64,000 nucleotides of DNA, taken from Vulcanimicrobiota bacterium. GTDB taxonomy: Bacteria; Vulcanimicrobiota; Vulcanimicrobiia; Vulcanimicrobiales; Vulcanimicrobiaceae. The stretch lies in assembly GCA_963723515.1 (NCBI GenBank), contig CAVRQT010000003.1, forward strand, positions 640,001 through 704,000, in the 5' to 3' direction. Shown piece after piece: positions 30,219-41,182 of this stretch; position 1 is the stretch's first letter, and every line of letters begins with the position of its first letter. A program made the position numbers and the translations under genes. The notes beneath the pieces were generated by a model that was not told the origin of the DNA, made no database searches, and saw nothing but the letters and a program-made list of their open reading frames with translations.

Positions 30219-31839
30219 TCGTCTTGGCGCCGGTGTAAGACACGAGCCCCGGCGCGGCGCCGCGGCGCTTGCGCACGTGTTTTCGCGACGTGTAGTCGAC
30301 GTCGACTTTCTGTCGTTGCTTCGCGCGAGAAAAGAATGCGGCAAAGGATGCCGCAAGTTCGAGATCGTTCTCGGGAGCTTCCCTTCGGTCGTCCCGTTGC
30401 AAGATGACATGCGCGCCGGGAGTATTGCGCGCGTGAAACCACAGATCGCTCGAACGCGCGACCGTAAAGGTTAGCTCGGCATTCTCAACCGGCGAGCGTC
30501 CGACGAGAATTCTTGAGCCGCCCGGCGCGGTGACGACGATCCGCTCGCGCTTCGCGCGACGTTTCGGCACGCCGGGAGGCGGCTTGATTCCGAGCACCGT
30601 TTGAGCGGCTTGTGCGACGTCCGCCAGATCATCATCGGCGGCGCGTTCCAGCTCCCAAGCAATATTGTCGACGTCTTTGCCTTTTTGCACGAGCGCCGCG
30701 CGACGCTTTTCCAGCGGTGCAAGAGAGCTGCCCAAGCGCTTGTACCGCGCGAAAAGCGATGCGGCAGTCGTTTTGGCTGCTGCTTGCTCCCCTGGATTGC
30801 GCTCGTAGAGCGTGGCGAAAATAGCCTCGGCTTCCTTACGTAACGCGTCGCGTTCCTCGACCGCTTCGAGCTGCTTGTCGATGGCGGAGATTTGCGTTTG
30901 TATCTTCGATTGCTCTTGAGCGAGCTTCTTGGCGAGTTCTCGGCGGCGCTTCGCGGGCTCACCCTCGCTCGCCGCGCTCTTGCTCGCTCCGGTGATTTCA
31001 TTGAAGAGCGGCAGCAATTCTGCTGCACGCGAGCAATCGAGCGCGGCGAATTGGCGCAGCGGCACCACGTGCGCCTGCACGAGTCGGCTGCCCTCGCGAT
31101 ACACGAAGAGCTGTTCCGACTTCGCGGCTTGCTGCGCGCGGTCCAGCAACTGATCGGCTTCGGCTAGAAGCTTACGCGCCCGCTGCTCGGGACGCTGCGA
31201 CGCGTCCTCACCGTCGCTCAACAACGAATTCGCCAGCAGCTGCGGCAACTGCGGCCGGACGCCGCGCAAGGCACGCCCGGCAGCAGCTTCGTCTTGCGCT
31301 TGCAGTGCAACCGTGAGGTCGTCTACAGCCCGTGGCGATGGCTGTTGCGGCGGAGGCGGTTCGTATCGCGCGCCCGACCGAATCGTCCGGCCGGCTCGCG
31401 CGGCCGATCTGAACTCTTTGTAAGCGGCGACGATCGTATGGTCTTTCAGTAAGAGGAGGTTACCGAACCGCGGGATGAGCTCGGCAAGCATCTGGTAGCC
31501 GGCCTCAACGCCGAATCGCGACCGCGCTGCGAATTCGAAGCCTACGATCCGCTCGCGTGCAATCGCGCCTACCTGCGTGAGCGTTAAACCGCGCAGTGTG
31601 GCACCTGCCCTGCGAATAAAGCCCGCCTCCGGCGTGAGCCTAAGGGCGCCTGAGCCGATTGTGATGATCGGTACGCGTCCGAAGAGATCGAAGATGATAA
31701 AGCGTGTGGTCCCTTTGCGCCAGCACTCGAGCGCGACGCGCCCGTCGTCCAGGTGGCCGAGCGCGGTGACGCGAGAACGGCCGGCTGCGGCATCGAGCTC
31801 GCCGGAAAGCCGTTCGATGAGGAGCCAATCGGTGAACAC
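30181..31839 (-). CDS. NFACT family protein (RqcH/FbpA-like ribosome quality control factor)
   Basis: N-terminal NFACT-N (ERIVGFEF..AELIPRFGNLLL), coiled coil, NFACT-R (ILVGRS..ENAELT..DLWFHARNTPGAHVIL..VDYT). Confidence 0.88.
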   Translation of the reverse strand: MFTDWLLIERLSGELDAAAGRSRVTALGHLDDGRVALECWRKGTTRFIIFDLFGRVPIITIGSGALRLTPEAGFIRRAGATLRGLTLTQVGAIARERIVGFEFAARSRFGVEAGYQMLAELIPRFGNLLLLKDHTIVAAYKEFRSAARAGRTIRSGARYEPPPPQQPSPRAVDDLTVALQAQDEAAAGRALRGVRPQLPQLLANSLLSDGEDASQRPEQRARKLLAEADQLLDRAQQAAKSEQLFVYREGSRLVQAHVVPLRQFAALDCSRAAELLPLFNEITGASKSAASEGEPAKRRRELAKKLAQEQSKIQTQISAIDKQLEAVEERDALRKEAEAIFATLYERNPGEQAAAKTTAASLFARYKRLGSSLAPLEKRRAALVQKGKDVDNIAWELERAADDDLADVAQAAQTVLGIKPPPGVPKRRAKRERIVVTAPGGSRILVGRSPVENAELTFTVARSSDLWFHARNTPGAHVILQRDDRREAPENDLELAASFAAFFSRAKQRQKVDVDYTSRKHVRKRRGAAPGLVSYTGAKTITVAPRSPEIGK

Positions 31840-31904
31840 GCAGCGGTCTCCGACAAAAATCGTCTTCGGCCTTCGCGGGGAGGCCTTGGCTCGATGAGTG
31901 GGAA

Positions 31905-32534
31905 TTGCGTGCACTCGTGGTTGGCCCGGGTCTGCTCTTCGTGGTCTCGGGGCCATCTGGTGCCGGAAAGGATACGTTGGTCGAGGCGCTGCGCCAGCGC
32001 ATTCCGCGACTGCGTTATTCGGTTTCGGCGACAACGCGGTCGCCTCGCGTGGGCGAGCGCGACGGAGAAGCGTACTTTTTCGTTACGCATGCGGAGTTCG
32101 AGCGGCGGGTCGCCACGAACGCGTTTCTGGAATACCGCGAGTATAACGGGCAGCTCTACGGGACGCCGCGCGATTTTGTGGAGCGGACGTTAACCGAAGG
32201 CTACGATCTGGTCGTGAAGCCTGAGGTCAACGGAGCGCTTTCAATCAAATCCGCCTTCCCGGATGCGGTGCTGATCTTTCTGCTGCCGGACAAGTTCTCG
32301 CACCTGCGCGAGCGGTTGCTGGAGCGGCGCACGGAGACGATCGAAGAGATCGCAGGCCGACTCGAGATCGCGCACGTTGAGATGAAGTACCTCCGCAGCT
32401 TCGATTACGTGGTGATCAACGAGCAGCGGAAACATGCACAAGCCGTCGACGACCTGGAAGCGATCATGCGAGCGGAGCGTTTCAGGATTCATCGGTGGGG
32501 AGATGATTCGATAAAGGAGTTAGAACATTCGTAA
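31905..32534 (+). CDS. gmk: Guanylate kinase
   Basis: VSGPSGAGKDT, SVSATTRSPR.GE.DG..YFF, YGTP. Confidence 0.96.
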   Translation: MRALVVGPGLLFVVSGPSGAGKDTLVEALRQRIPRLRYSVSATTRSPRVGERDGEAYFFVTHAEFERRVATNAFLEYREYNGQLYGTPRDFVERTLTEGYDLVVKPEVNGALSIKSAFPDAVLIFLLPDKFSHLRERLLERRTETIEEIAGRLEIAHVEMKYLRSFDYVVINEQRKHAQAVDDLEAIMRAERFRIHRWGDDSIKELEHS

Positions 32535-32749
32535 TGGACCAAATTTTTGGTGATTTAGAGGCGCTGATGGGCCACGTCGATTCGAAGTTCACATTAGTAA
32601 ACGTTGTGACGAAGCGCGCCAAGCAACTGAACAACGGCGCGCCGCCCCTGACGGAGCACGTCAACCCGAATAAACCGGTTTCCACCGCGTTCAACGAAGT
32701 TGCGGCAGGAAAAATCGACTACAAGCGGACGCGCGAAGGCATCAAGTAA
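32534..32749 (+). CDS. rpoZ: RNA polymerase omega subunit
   Basis: SKFTLV.VVTKRAKQL..KPVSTAFNE; gmk-rpoZ synteny. Confidence 0.93.
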   Translation: MDQIFGDLEALMGHVDSKFTLVNVVTKRAKQLNNGAPPLTEHVNPNKPVSTAFNEVAAGKIDYKRTREGIK

Positions 32750-32785
32750 AGCTCAGGGTGACAATCACGATGGGTATGCAATAGC

Positions 32786-34624
32786 ATGTGTGGTATTGTC
32801 GGCTATATCGGGCGGCGCGACAGCGTTCCGATCATTCTCGACTCCCTGCAGCGCTTGGAGTACCGCGGATACGATAGCGCCGGCATCGCGGTACTTGACT
32901 CGAAGGGCACGCTGAAAGGCACGAAAGCCGAAGGCAAACTCTCGCGCCTAGCCGAGTTGCTAAGAAACGGAGCGCGGCTCTCAGGAGAGGTCGGTGTCGG
33001 TCACACGCGTTGGGCAACGCACGGGCGGCCGTCTGATGCCAACGCACATCCGCATCTCGACTGTGCCGGAAAAATCGCCGTCGTGCACAACGGCATTATC
33101 GAGAACTACGTGCCGCTGCGGGCGGGCTTGCTTGAGTCGGGACACACGTTCGTGAGCGAAACCGATACGGAAGTGCTCGCGCATTTGATTGAAGCACACT
33201 ACACAGATGATCTTGAGGAGGCCGTGCGCCGCACGCTGCCCGAGGTGCGTGGCGCGTACGCAATCGGCGTCATCTCATCGGATGATCCCGACCGTCTGAT
33301 CTTCGCGCGCAACGGTGCGAGCCCGCTCGTTGTCGGAATCGGCGACGGCGAGATGTTCGTCGCGTCCGATACGCCGGCGATTCTGCAGTACACGCGCAAA
33401 GAAGTGATCTTGCAAGAAGGCGAGATGGTCGTCGTCGGCCGCGACGGCTACCGCTTGACGGCATACGACGGGACGCCCGTCGAGCGCGATGTCGTCCAAG
33501 TCACTTGGGATGCGACGTCGGCCGAGAAGAGCGGCTTCAAGCATTTTATGCTCAAGGAGATCTTCGAGCAGCCTAGCGTGATCAAGGAAACGATGGCCGG
33601 ACGGATCTCCGAAAAGAACGACGTTCAACTCGGCGCCGAACTTGGCCTGAGCCCTGAGCGCCTTTCGCAGATTTCAAAGATCGCCATCACCGGATGCGGC
33701 ACGGCGTACCATGCCGGCATGGTCGGGATGTATCTCTTGCGCTCGCTCGTGCAACTGCCGGTCGAGCTCGAATTGGCGAGCGAATTCCGCTATGGCGATC
33801 CGGTGATCGATTCGACGGCGCTCACGATTGCGATGTCGCAATCCGGTGAGACCGCGGATACGATTGAGGCCGTCAAGATTGCTAAGGCCGCAGATTCGGC
33901 GGTGCTCGGCATCTGCAACGTCGTCGGCTCGCATTTGACGCGTCTCGCGGACGGCACGCTCTTTACGCGGGGCGGCCCTGAAATTGGGGTTGCAGCGAGC
34001 AAGACGTACGTCTCCCAAGTAACCGCGATGACGCTCTTGGCGCTCTATCTTGCGCGGCTGCGCAAGACGACGCCGGAAGAGCGGGCACGCGAAATCGCGG
34101 ATAACATGAAGCTGCTGCCTGCAGCCGTTGACGTGGCTCTGAACACCTCAGATGAAATTCGCAAGGCAGCCAAAACGATTCGCAAGTGCACGTCGATTCT
34201 GTTCATCGGGCGGTATGTCAATTTTCCGACGGCGCTCGAGGGCGCACTGAAATTGAAAGAGATCTCGTACATCCATGCTGAGGGCTACGCCGCCGGGGAG
34301 ATGAAGCACGGGCCGATTGCGCTCCTCGACGCGCGCGTACCGGTGGTCGGAATCCTCACCGATGGACGCGTGCGCGAGAAGACGCTGTCGAATTTAGCGG
34401 AATCGCGGGCGCGGGAAGCACCGATCGTGGTCGTTGCCAATTACGGCGACGAAGAAGCGGAAGCGATCGCGGACCATATCTTCTGGGTTCCGAAAGTCGA
34501 CGAACTGCTCTCGCCGATCGTCAACATTATTCCGTTGCAGTTGCTCGCCTACCATATCGCGGACATCGAAGGCAAAGACGTCGATCAGCCGCGCAATCTT
34601 GCCAAGACCGTTACGGTCGAATAA
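32786..34624 (+). CDS. glmS: Glutamine-fructose-6-phosphate transaminase
   Basis: MCGIVG, LEYRGYDSAG, GHTRWATHG, PRNLAKTVTVE. Confidence 0.98.
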   Translation: MCGIVGYIGRRDSVPIILDSLQRLEYRGYDSAGIAVLDSKGTLKGTKAEGKLSRLAELLRNGARLSGEVGVGHTRWATHGRPSDANAHPHLDCAGKIAVVHNGIIENYVPLRAGLLESGHTFVSETDTEVLAHLIEAHYTDDLEEAVRRTLPEVRGAYAIGVISSDDPDRLIFARNGASPLVVGIGDGEMFVASDTPAILQYTRKEVILQEGEMVVVGRDGYRLTAYDGTPVERDVVQVTWDATSAEKSGFKHFMLKEIFEQPSVIKETMAGRISEKNDVQLGAELGLSPERLSQISKIAITGCGTAYHAGMVGMYLLRSLVQLPVELELASEFRYGDPVIDSTALTIAMSQSGETADTIEAVKIAKAADSAVLGICNVVGSHLTRLADGTLFTRGGPEIGVAASKTYVSQVTAMTLLALYLARLRKTTPEERAREIADNMKLLPAAVDVALNTSDEIRKAAKTIRKCTSILFIGRYVNFPTALEGALKLKEISYIHAEGYAAGEMKHGPIALLDARVPVVGILTDGRVREKTLSNLAESRAREAPIVVVANYGDEEAEAIADHIFWVPKVDELLSPIVNIIPLQLLAYHIADIEGKDVDQPRNLAKTVTVE

Positions 34625-34661
34625 AAAGATACTCCCGCTTTCCAGCGAAACCTGAAACTCC

Positions 34662-35882
34662 GTGCCTGCGAGAAGGCGGCGCGGTTGCCGGATCATTGTT
34701 GCGCTCGGACTTGCGTTCTTTCTTTCGGCGCAAAATGGTAGCGCATCTCGCCTCACGGAGCGGATTCGTGAAGAGCAGCTCCGTGTAGAGCAACACCATC
34801 GTCAGCTGGAGGAGCGTCGCGCGCAATTGCGCTTCGAGCAATTGCGTGAAAGCAATTTAAGCCAGCAACTGGATCAGACGAACCACGCGATCGGCGGGGT
34901 CAACGCGCGGCTCGATGAGCTCGATGGTCAAGTGCAGGTCAATCAGCGGCGCCTAGCTTGGAATCAGGTCGAGCTCGCTGCAGCGCAAGCGACGCTGCGG
35001 CGGCACAATGATGCGTATCGCAAGCGCCTCGTTCAGATTTACGAACATAGCGACATCGGCTATTTAAGCGTGCTGCTCGGCGCAACGTCGTTCACGGAAT
35101 TCGTCGAACGACTGCACGATCTGCAGCTGCTCGTTAAAGCGGATCAAGAGGCGATCGCCCAGCGCAAAGCGGCGGAAGCCGCAGTGCGACGCGTGCAGGC
35201 GCAACTCGAGGGCACGCAACTGCAGCTTGAAGGGCTGGCGCAGCAGCAACAGCAGGCGCGAACGCAGTTACAGGGGCTGGCCAGCGAGCGCCAACAACTC
35301 GTCGCGGTCGCATCGGAACAGCGGCAACAGGTTGCGGCGGAAGTGGCGCAACTCGAAGAACTCTCAGCACAGGAAGAGGCGAATCTCGAAGCGCTGATCG
35401 CGCAGCGGCAAGCGGAACTTGAAGCTGAGCGTGCGGCAGCCGAACGCGCGCGCCGCGCCGGTCAACCCGGACCACCAGGCCCGGCAACGGCAGCTTCGGG
35501 GTACTTTCAGTGGCCGGTGCACGGGCCAATTACATCGCCGTTCGGGTGGCGGATCCACCCTATTGCCGGTGTCCGCCGCTTCCATGAAGGCATCGACATC
35601 GCGGCTGACTCGGGGACACCGATCGCCGCCGCTGAGGCCGGCCGCGTGATCTACGCCGGCTGGTACGGCGGCTACGGCAACTACATCTCGATTGACCACG
35701 GCGGCGGCGTCTCAACCGGATACGGCCACTGTTCGGCGATTTACGTCTCTGTCGGGCAGGACGTCTCTCGGGGGCAAGCCATCGGCGCTGTCGGGTCGAC
35801 CGGATACTCGACCGGCCCCCACCTGCATTTCGAGGTGCGCATCAACGGCAAGCCGATCGATCCGCTGACGCGGCTACGTTAA
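34662..35882 (+). CDS. Coiled-coil + M23 peptidase (EnvC/CwlO-like)
   Basis: Long heptad region, then HEGID, YGH and [10 protein letters not shown]. Confidence 0.92.
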   Translation: MPARRRRGCRIIVALGLAFFLSAQNGSASRLTERIREEQLRVEQHHRQLEERRAQLRFEQLRESNLSQQLDQTNHAIGGVNARLDELDGQVQVNQRRLAWNQVELAAAQATLRRHNDAYRKRLVQIYEHSDIGYLSVLLGATSFTEFVERLHDLQLLVKADQEAIAQRKAAEAAVRRVQAQLEGTQLQLEGLAQQQQQARTQLQGLASERQQLVAVASEQRQQVAAEVAQLEELSAQEEANLEALIAQRQAELEAERAAAERARRAGQPGPPGPATAASGYFQWPVHGPITSPFGWRIHPIAGVRRFHEGIDIAADSGTPIAAAEAGRVIYAGWYGGYGNYISIDHGGGVSTGYGHCSAIYVSVGQDVSRGQAIGAVGSTGYSTGPHLHFEVRINGKPIDPLTRLR

Positions 35883-35934
35883 TGTGCCGGCCGCTGGCGG
35901 AATCGACGCGTCCTTGGCGAGAAGCAGGCGGCTG

Positions 35935-36681
35935 ATGATCCGCAATGATGGCCGCGCGCCGAATCAGCTTCGCTCCGTGAAGATTGAGCCGAACTTCCTA
36001 AAGTTTGCGGAAGGCAGCGCGTTGATCTCCCTTGGCGACACACGTGTCCTATGCGCCGCCTCGATCGATGACAAGGTTCCGCAGTGGATGAAAGGCCGCG
36101 GCGTCGGCTGGGTGACGGCCGAATACGCCATGTTGCCGCGCGCAACCCAGGATCGTACGGCCCGGGAAGCGTCTCGCGGGCGCATCGGCGGACGCACGCA
36201 TGAGATTCAGCGCATCATCGGGCGCGCGCTGCGAGCCGTCACCGACATGCACAAGCTCGGCGAAAGAACCGTTTGGCTCGACTGCGACGTGTTGCAAGCT
36301 GACGGCGGAACGCGTACCGCAGCGGTCACCGGCGCGTACGTGGCGTTGGCACTCGCGCTGCTCAAGGCGTTCGATCCAAAGACGGAAGGTTGGCCGCTGC
36401 GCGCTCAGATCGCCGCCACCAGCGTCGGCTTCATCGATGGTGTCGCGTTGCTCGATCTCCCGTATGAGGAAGATAGCCGGGCAGAAGTCGATATGAACGT
36501 TGCCATGACCGACGCCGGCCGCTTCGTCGAGCTGCAAGGCACCGCCGAAAGCGTGCCGTTCGATCGCGGCGCGCTCGACGTACTGCTCGCGCTGGCCGAG
36601 CGAGGCATCAACGAGCTCTTCGGGGTTCAGCGTCGCATTCTCGAACCGTTTGGATTCCCGTCGCTCCTGCATGCCGGTTGA
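35935..36681 (+). CDS. rph: Ribonuclease PH
   Basis: [47 protein letters not shown]. Confidence 0.97.
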   Translation: MIRNDGRAPNQLRSVKIEPNFLKFAEGSALISLGDTRVLCAASIDDKVPQWMKGRGVGWVTAEYAMLPRATQDRTAREASRGRIGGRTHEIQRIIGRALRAVTDMHKLGERTVWLDCDVLQADGGTRTAAVTGAYVALALALLKAFDPKTEGWPLRAQIAATSVGFIDGVALLDLPYEEDSRAEVDMNVAMTDAGRFVELQGTAESVPFDRGALDVLLALAERGINELFGVQRRILEPFGFPSLLHAG

Positions 36682-37015
36682 CGCCGCCGCGCTTCGCGCG
36701 CTGGTCTCTTTGGTCGGTGAGTTTTACATTACCCAACGGCGGATGAAGAACGCGCAGCAGCGAATCGCGGCATTGCTTGAGCGGGAGGACGTTTCGGAAG
36801 AAGAAGCACGGCGCTATGTTGCGGCCGTCAATGAGTACTTCCAGAGCTTCGAGCGCGAAATCCGCGCGCATCTGCGATCGCTGGACGGCCGGCTGGCCAA
36901 CGCGTATCAGGTGCAGTTTAATTTGACCACCGAGCGCGAAGTGGCCGTAAAGCGAATGGAAGCGACGCGCGCGGTGATTGCGGCCGCGGTCAACATTGGA
37001 GATCGTGCGCTCTGA
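36671..37015 (+). CDS. Hypothetical helical/coiled-coil protein
   Basis: Overlaps rph and mlaE in an operon; amphipathic helical composition. Confidence 0.75.
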   Translation: MPVDAAALRALVSLVGEFYITQRRMKNAQQRIAALLEREDVSEEEARRYVAAVNEYFQSFEREIRAHLRSLDGRLANAYQVQFNLTTEREVAVKRMEATRAVIAAAVNIGDRAL

Positions 37016-37794
37016 AAGCCCTCGAAGATCTCGGCAAAGGCACGACCGACGTCTTAGAGTACGCCGGCGGTCTGACGGAGCTCGGTGGCGAGACGCTTTC
37101 GTTCATTGCGAAGCTTCGCATACGGCTCGCAGAGACCGTTATCCAATGCTATTTGCTGGGCGTGCAGTCGCTGATCATCGTGCTACTGACCTCGCTGTTC
37201 ACGGGCATGGTCTTTTCGTTGGAATCCGCCTCCCAAGCTGTAGCATACGGCGTAGGCAATCTGGTCGGCGGCGCAGTTTCTTATACGTCAGTGCGAGAGC
37301 TCGGCCCGATGCTCTCGGCGGTTGTTGTTGCGGGTCGCGTCGGCGCGGCGATCGCAGCGGAGTTGGGCTCGATGGTGATTACGGAGCAAATCGAGGCGCT
37401 GCAATCGCTCGGACTCGCGCCCGCGCGCTTCTTGGTCGTGCCGCGACTGCTCGCGTTGATCGTCATGTTGCCGCTGTTGGCAATCTTTGCCGACGTTGTC
37501 TCGATCGTGGGTGGAATGTGGATTGCGCAGGCGTACGCCCACATCAGCTACGAGACGTTCATGTCGTCGGTGCGGCAAACGATCACATTTTCCGACGTGA
37601 CGCGCGGTCTCCTCAAGTCGGTCGTCTTCGGAATCATCATCGCCTTGATCGGCTCGTATCAGGGCCTGCGAACAAAAGGCGGAGCCGCGGGCGTCGGAAA
37701 CTCGACCACGGGCGCAGTCGTCATTTCTATCATCCTGATCTTTGTTTCCAACTTTATCCTCTCGTATATCTTGTACGGCGGGGCGACGGGATGA
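37012..37794 (+). CDS. mlaE: MlaE family ABC permease (probable CTG start)
   Basis: RELGPMLSAVVVAGRVGAAIAAELGSM.ITEQIEAL; the reading frame extends 47 codons upstream of the called TTG to a CTGA overlap. Confidence 0.94.
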   Translation: MKALEDLGKGTTDVLEYAGGLTELGGETLSFIAKLRIRLAETVIQCYLLGVQSLIIVLLTSLFTGMVFSLESASQAVAYGVGNLVGGAVSYTSVRELGPMLSAVVVAGRVGAAIAAELGSMVITEQIEALQSLGLAPARFLVVPRLLALIVMLPLLAIFADVVSIVGGMWIAQAYAHISYETFMSSVRQTITFSDVTRGLLKSVVFGIIIALIGSYQGLRTKGGAAGVGNSTTGAVVISIILIFVSNFILSYILYGGATG

Positions 37795-38564
37795 CCGTCC
37801 AAGCACTCGATGACAACCTGATCGCTCGCGTCGACAACGTGACGATGTTGTACGGCGACAAGATCATCCTTGAGGACTGCTCGCTCGACGTCGTTAAAGG
37901 CGCGATCACGTGCGTGATTGGCCTCTCGGGCGCCGGCAAGTCAACGATCTTGCGACTTCTCAACGGCTTACGCAGGCCGCAAAAGGGGCACGTCTATGTC
38001 AAGGGAGTCGACATCTGCCACATGCCGGAGCGCGAGCTGATCGATTTTCGCAGCGCCATCGGCTTCGCGTTCCAATTCGCCGCGCTGCTCGATAGCATGA
38101 CGGTCGGTGCAAATGTTGCATTGCCGCTGCAAGAGCACACGCGCATGGCAACCGATGAAATCGAGGAGACTGCCAAGGCGACACTGGACAGCGTCGGCTT
38201 AGAGGGCACCTACGAAATGTATCCGAGCGAGCTCTCGGGTGGAATGCTCAAGCGCGCTGGATTCGCGCGCGCTGTCGTTACGAACCCCGATATCGTGCTC
38301 TACGATGAGCCGACGACCGGTTTGGATCCGATCATCACCAACCTTTTGACGGATACGATCAAGCATTTGCGCGCCAAATTGAACGGCACGGCGGTCGTCA
38401 TCTCGCACGACTTGCATAGCATCTACATGATGGCCGACTATATTGCGATGCTTTACGAGGGCGCGATTATCGCGTACGGACCGACGCAGGAGGTTCGGCG
38501 TTCGCCAAATCCCATCGTTCAACAGTTCTTGCAGGGCAGCGAGGTGGGTCCAATCCCTGTCTAG
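37791..38564 (+). CDS. mlaF: MlaF family ABC ATPase
   Basis: GLSGAGKS, FQFAALLDS, PSELSGGM, YDEPTTGLDP, SHD. Confidence 0.94.
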   Translation: MTVQALDDNLIARVDNVTMLYGDKIILEDCSLDVVKGAITCVIGLSGAGKSTILRLLNGLRRPQKGHVYVKGVDICHMPERELIDFRSAIGFAFQFAALLDSMTVGANVALPLQEHTRMATDEIEETAKATLDSVGLEGTYEMYPSELSGGMLKRAGFARAVVTNPDIVLYDEPTTGLDPIITNLLTDTIKHLRAKLNGTAVVISHDLHSIYMMADYIAMLYEGAIIAYGPTQEVRRSPNPIVQQFLQGSEVGPIPV

Positions 38565-38581
38565 CACAAATAGAAGCAGCG

Positions 38582-40138
38582 ATGTCTAAGCAGGCACAAG
38601 TCGGATTCTTCGCCTTGATTGCGCTGGCGTTGCTTTTCGGCGTCTTCTTTACCATCACAGATTTTGAGACACGGCACAGCGGCTATCGGATTGGCGTTCA
38701 TTTCAATACGGCTGCCGGTCTGCATTCGGGTGCGCTGGTGTACTTCAGCGGGGTAACGGCGGGATCGGTCGATACAATCGATCTGTTGCCCGATCACACG
38801 GTCGACGTGATCTTGGCCATCAACAAAGACATCGACATTCCGCGCGATTCGAAGTTCCTGATCCAAGCGCCGCTAACGGGAGATCCGAGTCTTGTCATTT
38901 TGCCGCCGCCGCCGCCGCCGCGACCGGAAGGCATCGTCGGCCCAACGCCGGCGCCGACTCCCGCCGCGTTGCTCGCCCGAGAAGTGCTGCCAATCGACCA
39001 GCAGCCACAGGGAACGAACACCGCGACGATCTCGGATCTGCTCGAGCAGGGCCAAGGCGAAGTCAAGCGGCTCGATACGATGCTTGCCGAACTGCAAAAG
39101 CGTGAGCCGGCGTTGCTCAGCGAGCTGCAAACGACGCTTGCTAACGCCAACACGCTGACTTCGAACGCCAACGAACAGGTGCAATCGCTCTTTGGAACGC
39201 TGCAGCCGGCGATTACGCGCGCCAGCGATAACATCGTCGAACTGACGAACACGTTGAATCAAACGGTGGCCTCGAACTCCGGCAAAGTCGACACACTTCT
39301 GACGACGCTCAATGGCACGGCCGTTTCGCTCAACGAATCGATCAACGCGCTGAAGAGCATCGCTACAAACCCGAACGTCAAGCAAAACTTGCTCCAAACC
39401 ACGAGAAGCGTTGCGCAAACCACCCAGATTCTCTCGCAGCTCACGTCAGATCTGCGCCAGATTACCGGCAATCCGCAGACTCAGTCGCAACTGCGCGATA
39501 CGGTTGCGCAACTCGATGCCGCAACGCAGAAGGCCAATTCACTGCTGGCCTCGCTCGGCGGCGTGAGCCACGTGTACGGCGTTGATACCGGCGCGACGCC
39601 GTCACCCGGCGGGGCGGGCGCACCGCCGCCGAATGGTCCGCCGGCCGGTCCAGGCGGCGTATCGCCGCAACTCAAAAACAAGATCTCCGGTATTGCGCGC
39701 AACCTCTATGCAATCCAAGTCCGAGTCAGCGGCCTCTCAACGCAACAAGTCAATAACGGCTCGAACCCGCTGCTGACGTCGGATCGCGGACCGCAGGCCG
39801 ATTTCAACGTGATGTTCCTGCCAAAGGCGAACACGAGCTTGCTGGTCGGCGCGAACGACATCGGCACGAACAGGACGACGTGGAACTTCGCGGAGCTCTC
39901 CAATTTCGGAAGTGGGTTTCGCCTCGGCGGTGGGGTGTTATACTCGCGACTCGGCGTTATGGCCCAGTACTGGCGCGATCGCCTTGGCTTGGAAGGACGC
40001 CTCTACGACACGCGCCGTCCCACGCTCGACACGTATGTGAACGCGCAGATCACGCCGCTCTCACAACTCTTCATCGGCGAGCGCGATGTGACGCGGCCCG
40101 AGCGGCGTACCGTTTTCGGCCTCCAGCTTCAGTTTTAG
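38582..40138 (+). CDS. mlaD: Extended MlaD/MCE protein with helical stalk and C-terminal beta-strand domain
   Basis: N-terminal TM, MCE motif AAGL..GALVYFSGV..GSV, long helical region, C-terminus ending FGLQLQF. Confidence 0.9.
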   Translation: MSKQAQVGFFALIALALLFGVFFTITDFETRHSGYRIGVHFNTAAGLHSGALVYFSGVTAGSVDTIDLLPDHTVDVILAINKDIDIPRDSKFLIQAPLTGDPSLVILPPPPPPRPEGIVGPTPAPTPAALLAREVLPIDQQPQGTNTATISDLLEQGQGEVKRLDTMLAELQKREPALLSELQTTLANANTLTSNANEQVQSLFGTLQPAITRASDNIVELTNTLNQTVASNSGKVDTLLTTLNGTAVSLNESINALKSIATNPNVKQNLLQTTRSVAQTTQILSQLTSDLRQITGNPQTQSQLRDTVAQLDAATQKANSLLASLGGVSHVYGVDTGATPSPGGAGAPPPNGPPAGPGGVSPQLKNKISGIARNLYAIQVRVSGLSTQQVNNGSNPLLTSDRGPQADFNVMFLPKANTSLLVGANDIGTNRTTWNFAELSNFGSGFRLGGGVLYSRLGVMAQYWRDRLGLEGRLYDTRRPTLDTYVNAQITPLSQLFIGERDVTRPERRTVFGLQLQF

Positions 40139-40174
40139 CCCGCCGGAGCTAAATTCCAGGCAACGCCGGAAATC

Positions 40175-41147
40175 ATGGTCGAGAAGCGGTTGCGGATCGG
40201 AATCACCGGCGCCGGCGCGATGGGAACGCTCTTCGGCTACCATCTCGCGCAGCTTTGCGATGTGACGATGTTCGACCAGAATGCGGCGTTGCTCGAGTGC
40301 ATCAAACGCGATGGGTTGCGCGTAAACGACACACCCGCGCGTTCAGTCGCCGTTGCACGCACGGTAAGCGATCTCTTCGGCTCGTCGATGCTGTTCTTGT
40401 TCGTCAAAGCTGTCGATACGTTGCGCGCGCTGCGTCCATTTGCAGGACAACTGAATCCCGCTACGCCGGTTGTCTCTTTGCAAAACGGCATCCGTAACGA
40501 GAGTGCGATCAAGGCCGCACTGGGTGGAGCGGTTCCGGTTGTGCTTGGAATCACAACGGAGTCTTCGCTGAGCACTGGACCGGGTCAGGTGCATAGTCCA
40601 CGCAGCGGTCACACGATTGTCGGTTCAGGAGGCGCTGCGCCCGAGACATCGCAACGCGTCGCGCAGCTGCTTTCGGCGACCGGCTTGCGGACGTCCGTCG
40701 TCTACGATATTCGGCCGCACCTGTGGGGCAAGCTCATCGCCAATACGGCGATCAACGCGCATAAGCGCGCTGCTCGACTGTCCCGCGGGGGCGATCATTC
40801 CCGACGAAAACGCGACGCGGCTCGCGAAGGCCCTTGCGCGCGAGGCGGTTGCGGTTGCAACGCAATCGCGCATCAATCTGCCGTATTCAGATGCGTGGGC
40901 GTATGTAGAAGAAGTGATTGCGGTCGGCGCGGATTCGAAGAGCTCGATGGCGTTTGACCTTGAAACGGGCCATCCGACGGAGATCGATCATATCAACGGT
41001 GCGATCGTTGCGGCCGGACGCCGGGTCGGCGTGCCGACGCCGTACAACGAGGCAATCGTACAATTAATCAAAGCGCGGGAATCGATCGCAGCCGCGGTGC
41101 CATCACTGCCCACGGTGCCTCCCGTGGAGTCCGAGGCGTCGGCCTAA
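40175..41147 (+). CDS. panE: 2-dehydropantoate 2-reductase (frameshift near 40760)
   Basis: GAGAMG, SLQNG, WGKLIANTAINA, then in a shifted frame SSMAFDL..G.PTEIDHINGAIV. Confidence 0.92.
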
Positions 41148-41182
41148 GCGCTGATATCAGAGCTCTCGTGGACGCTAGCGCG

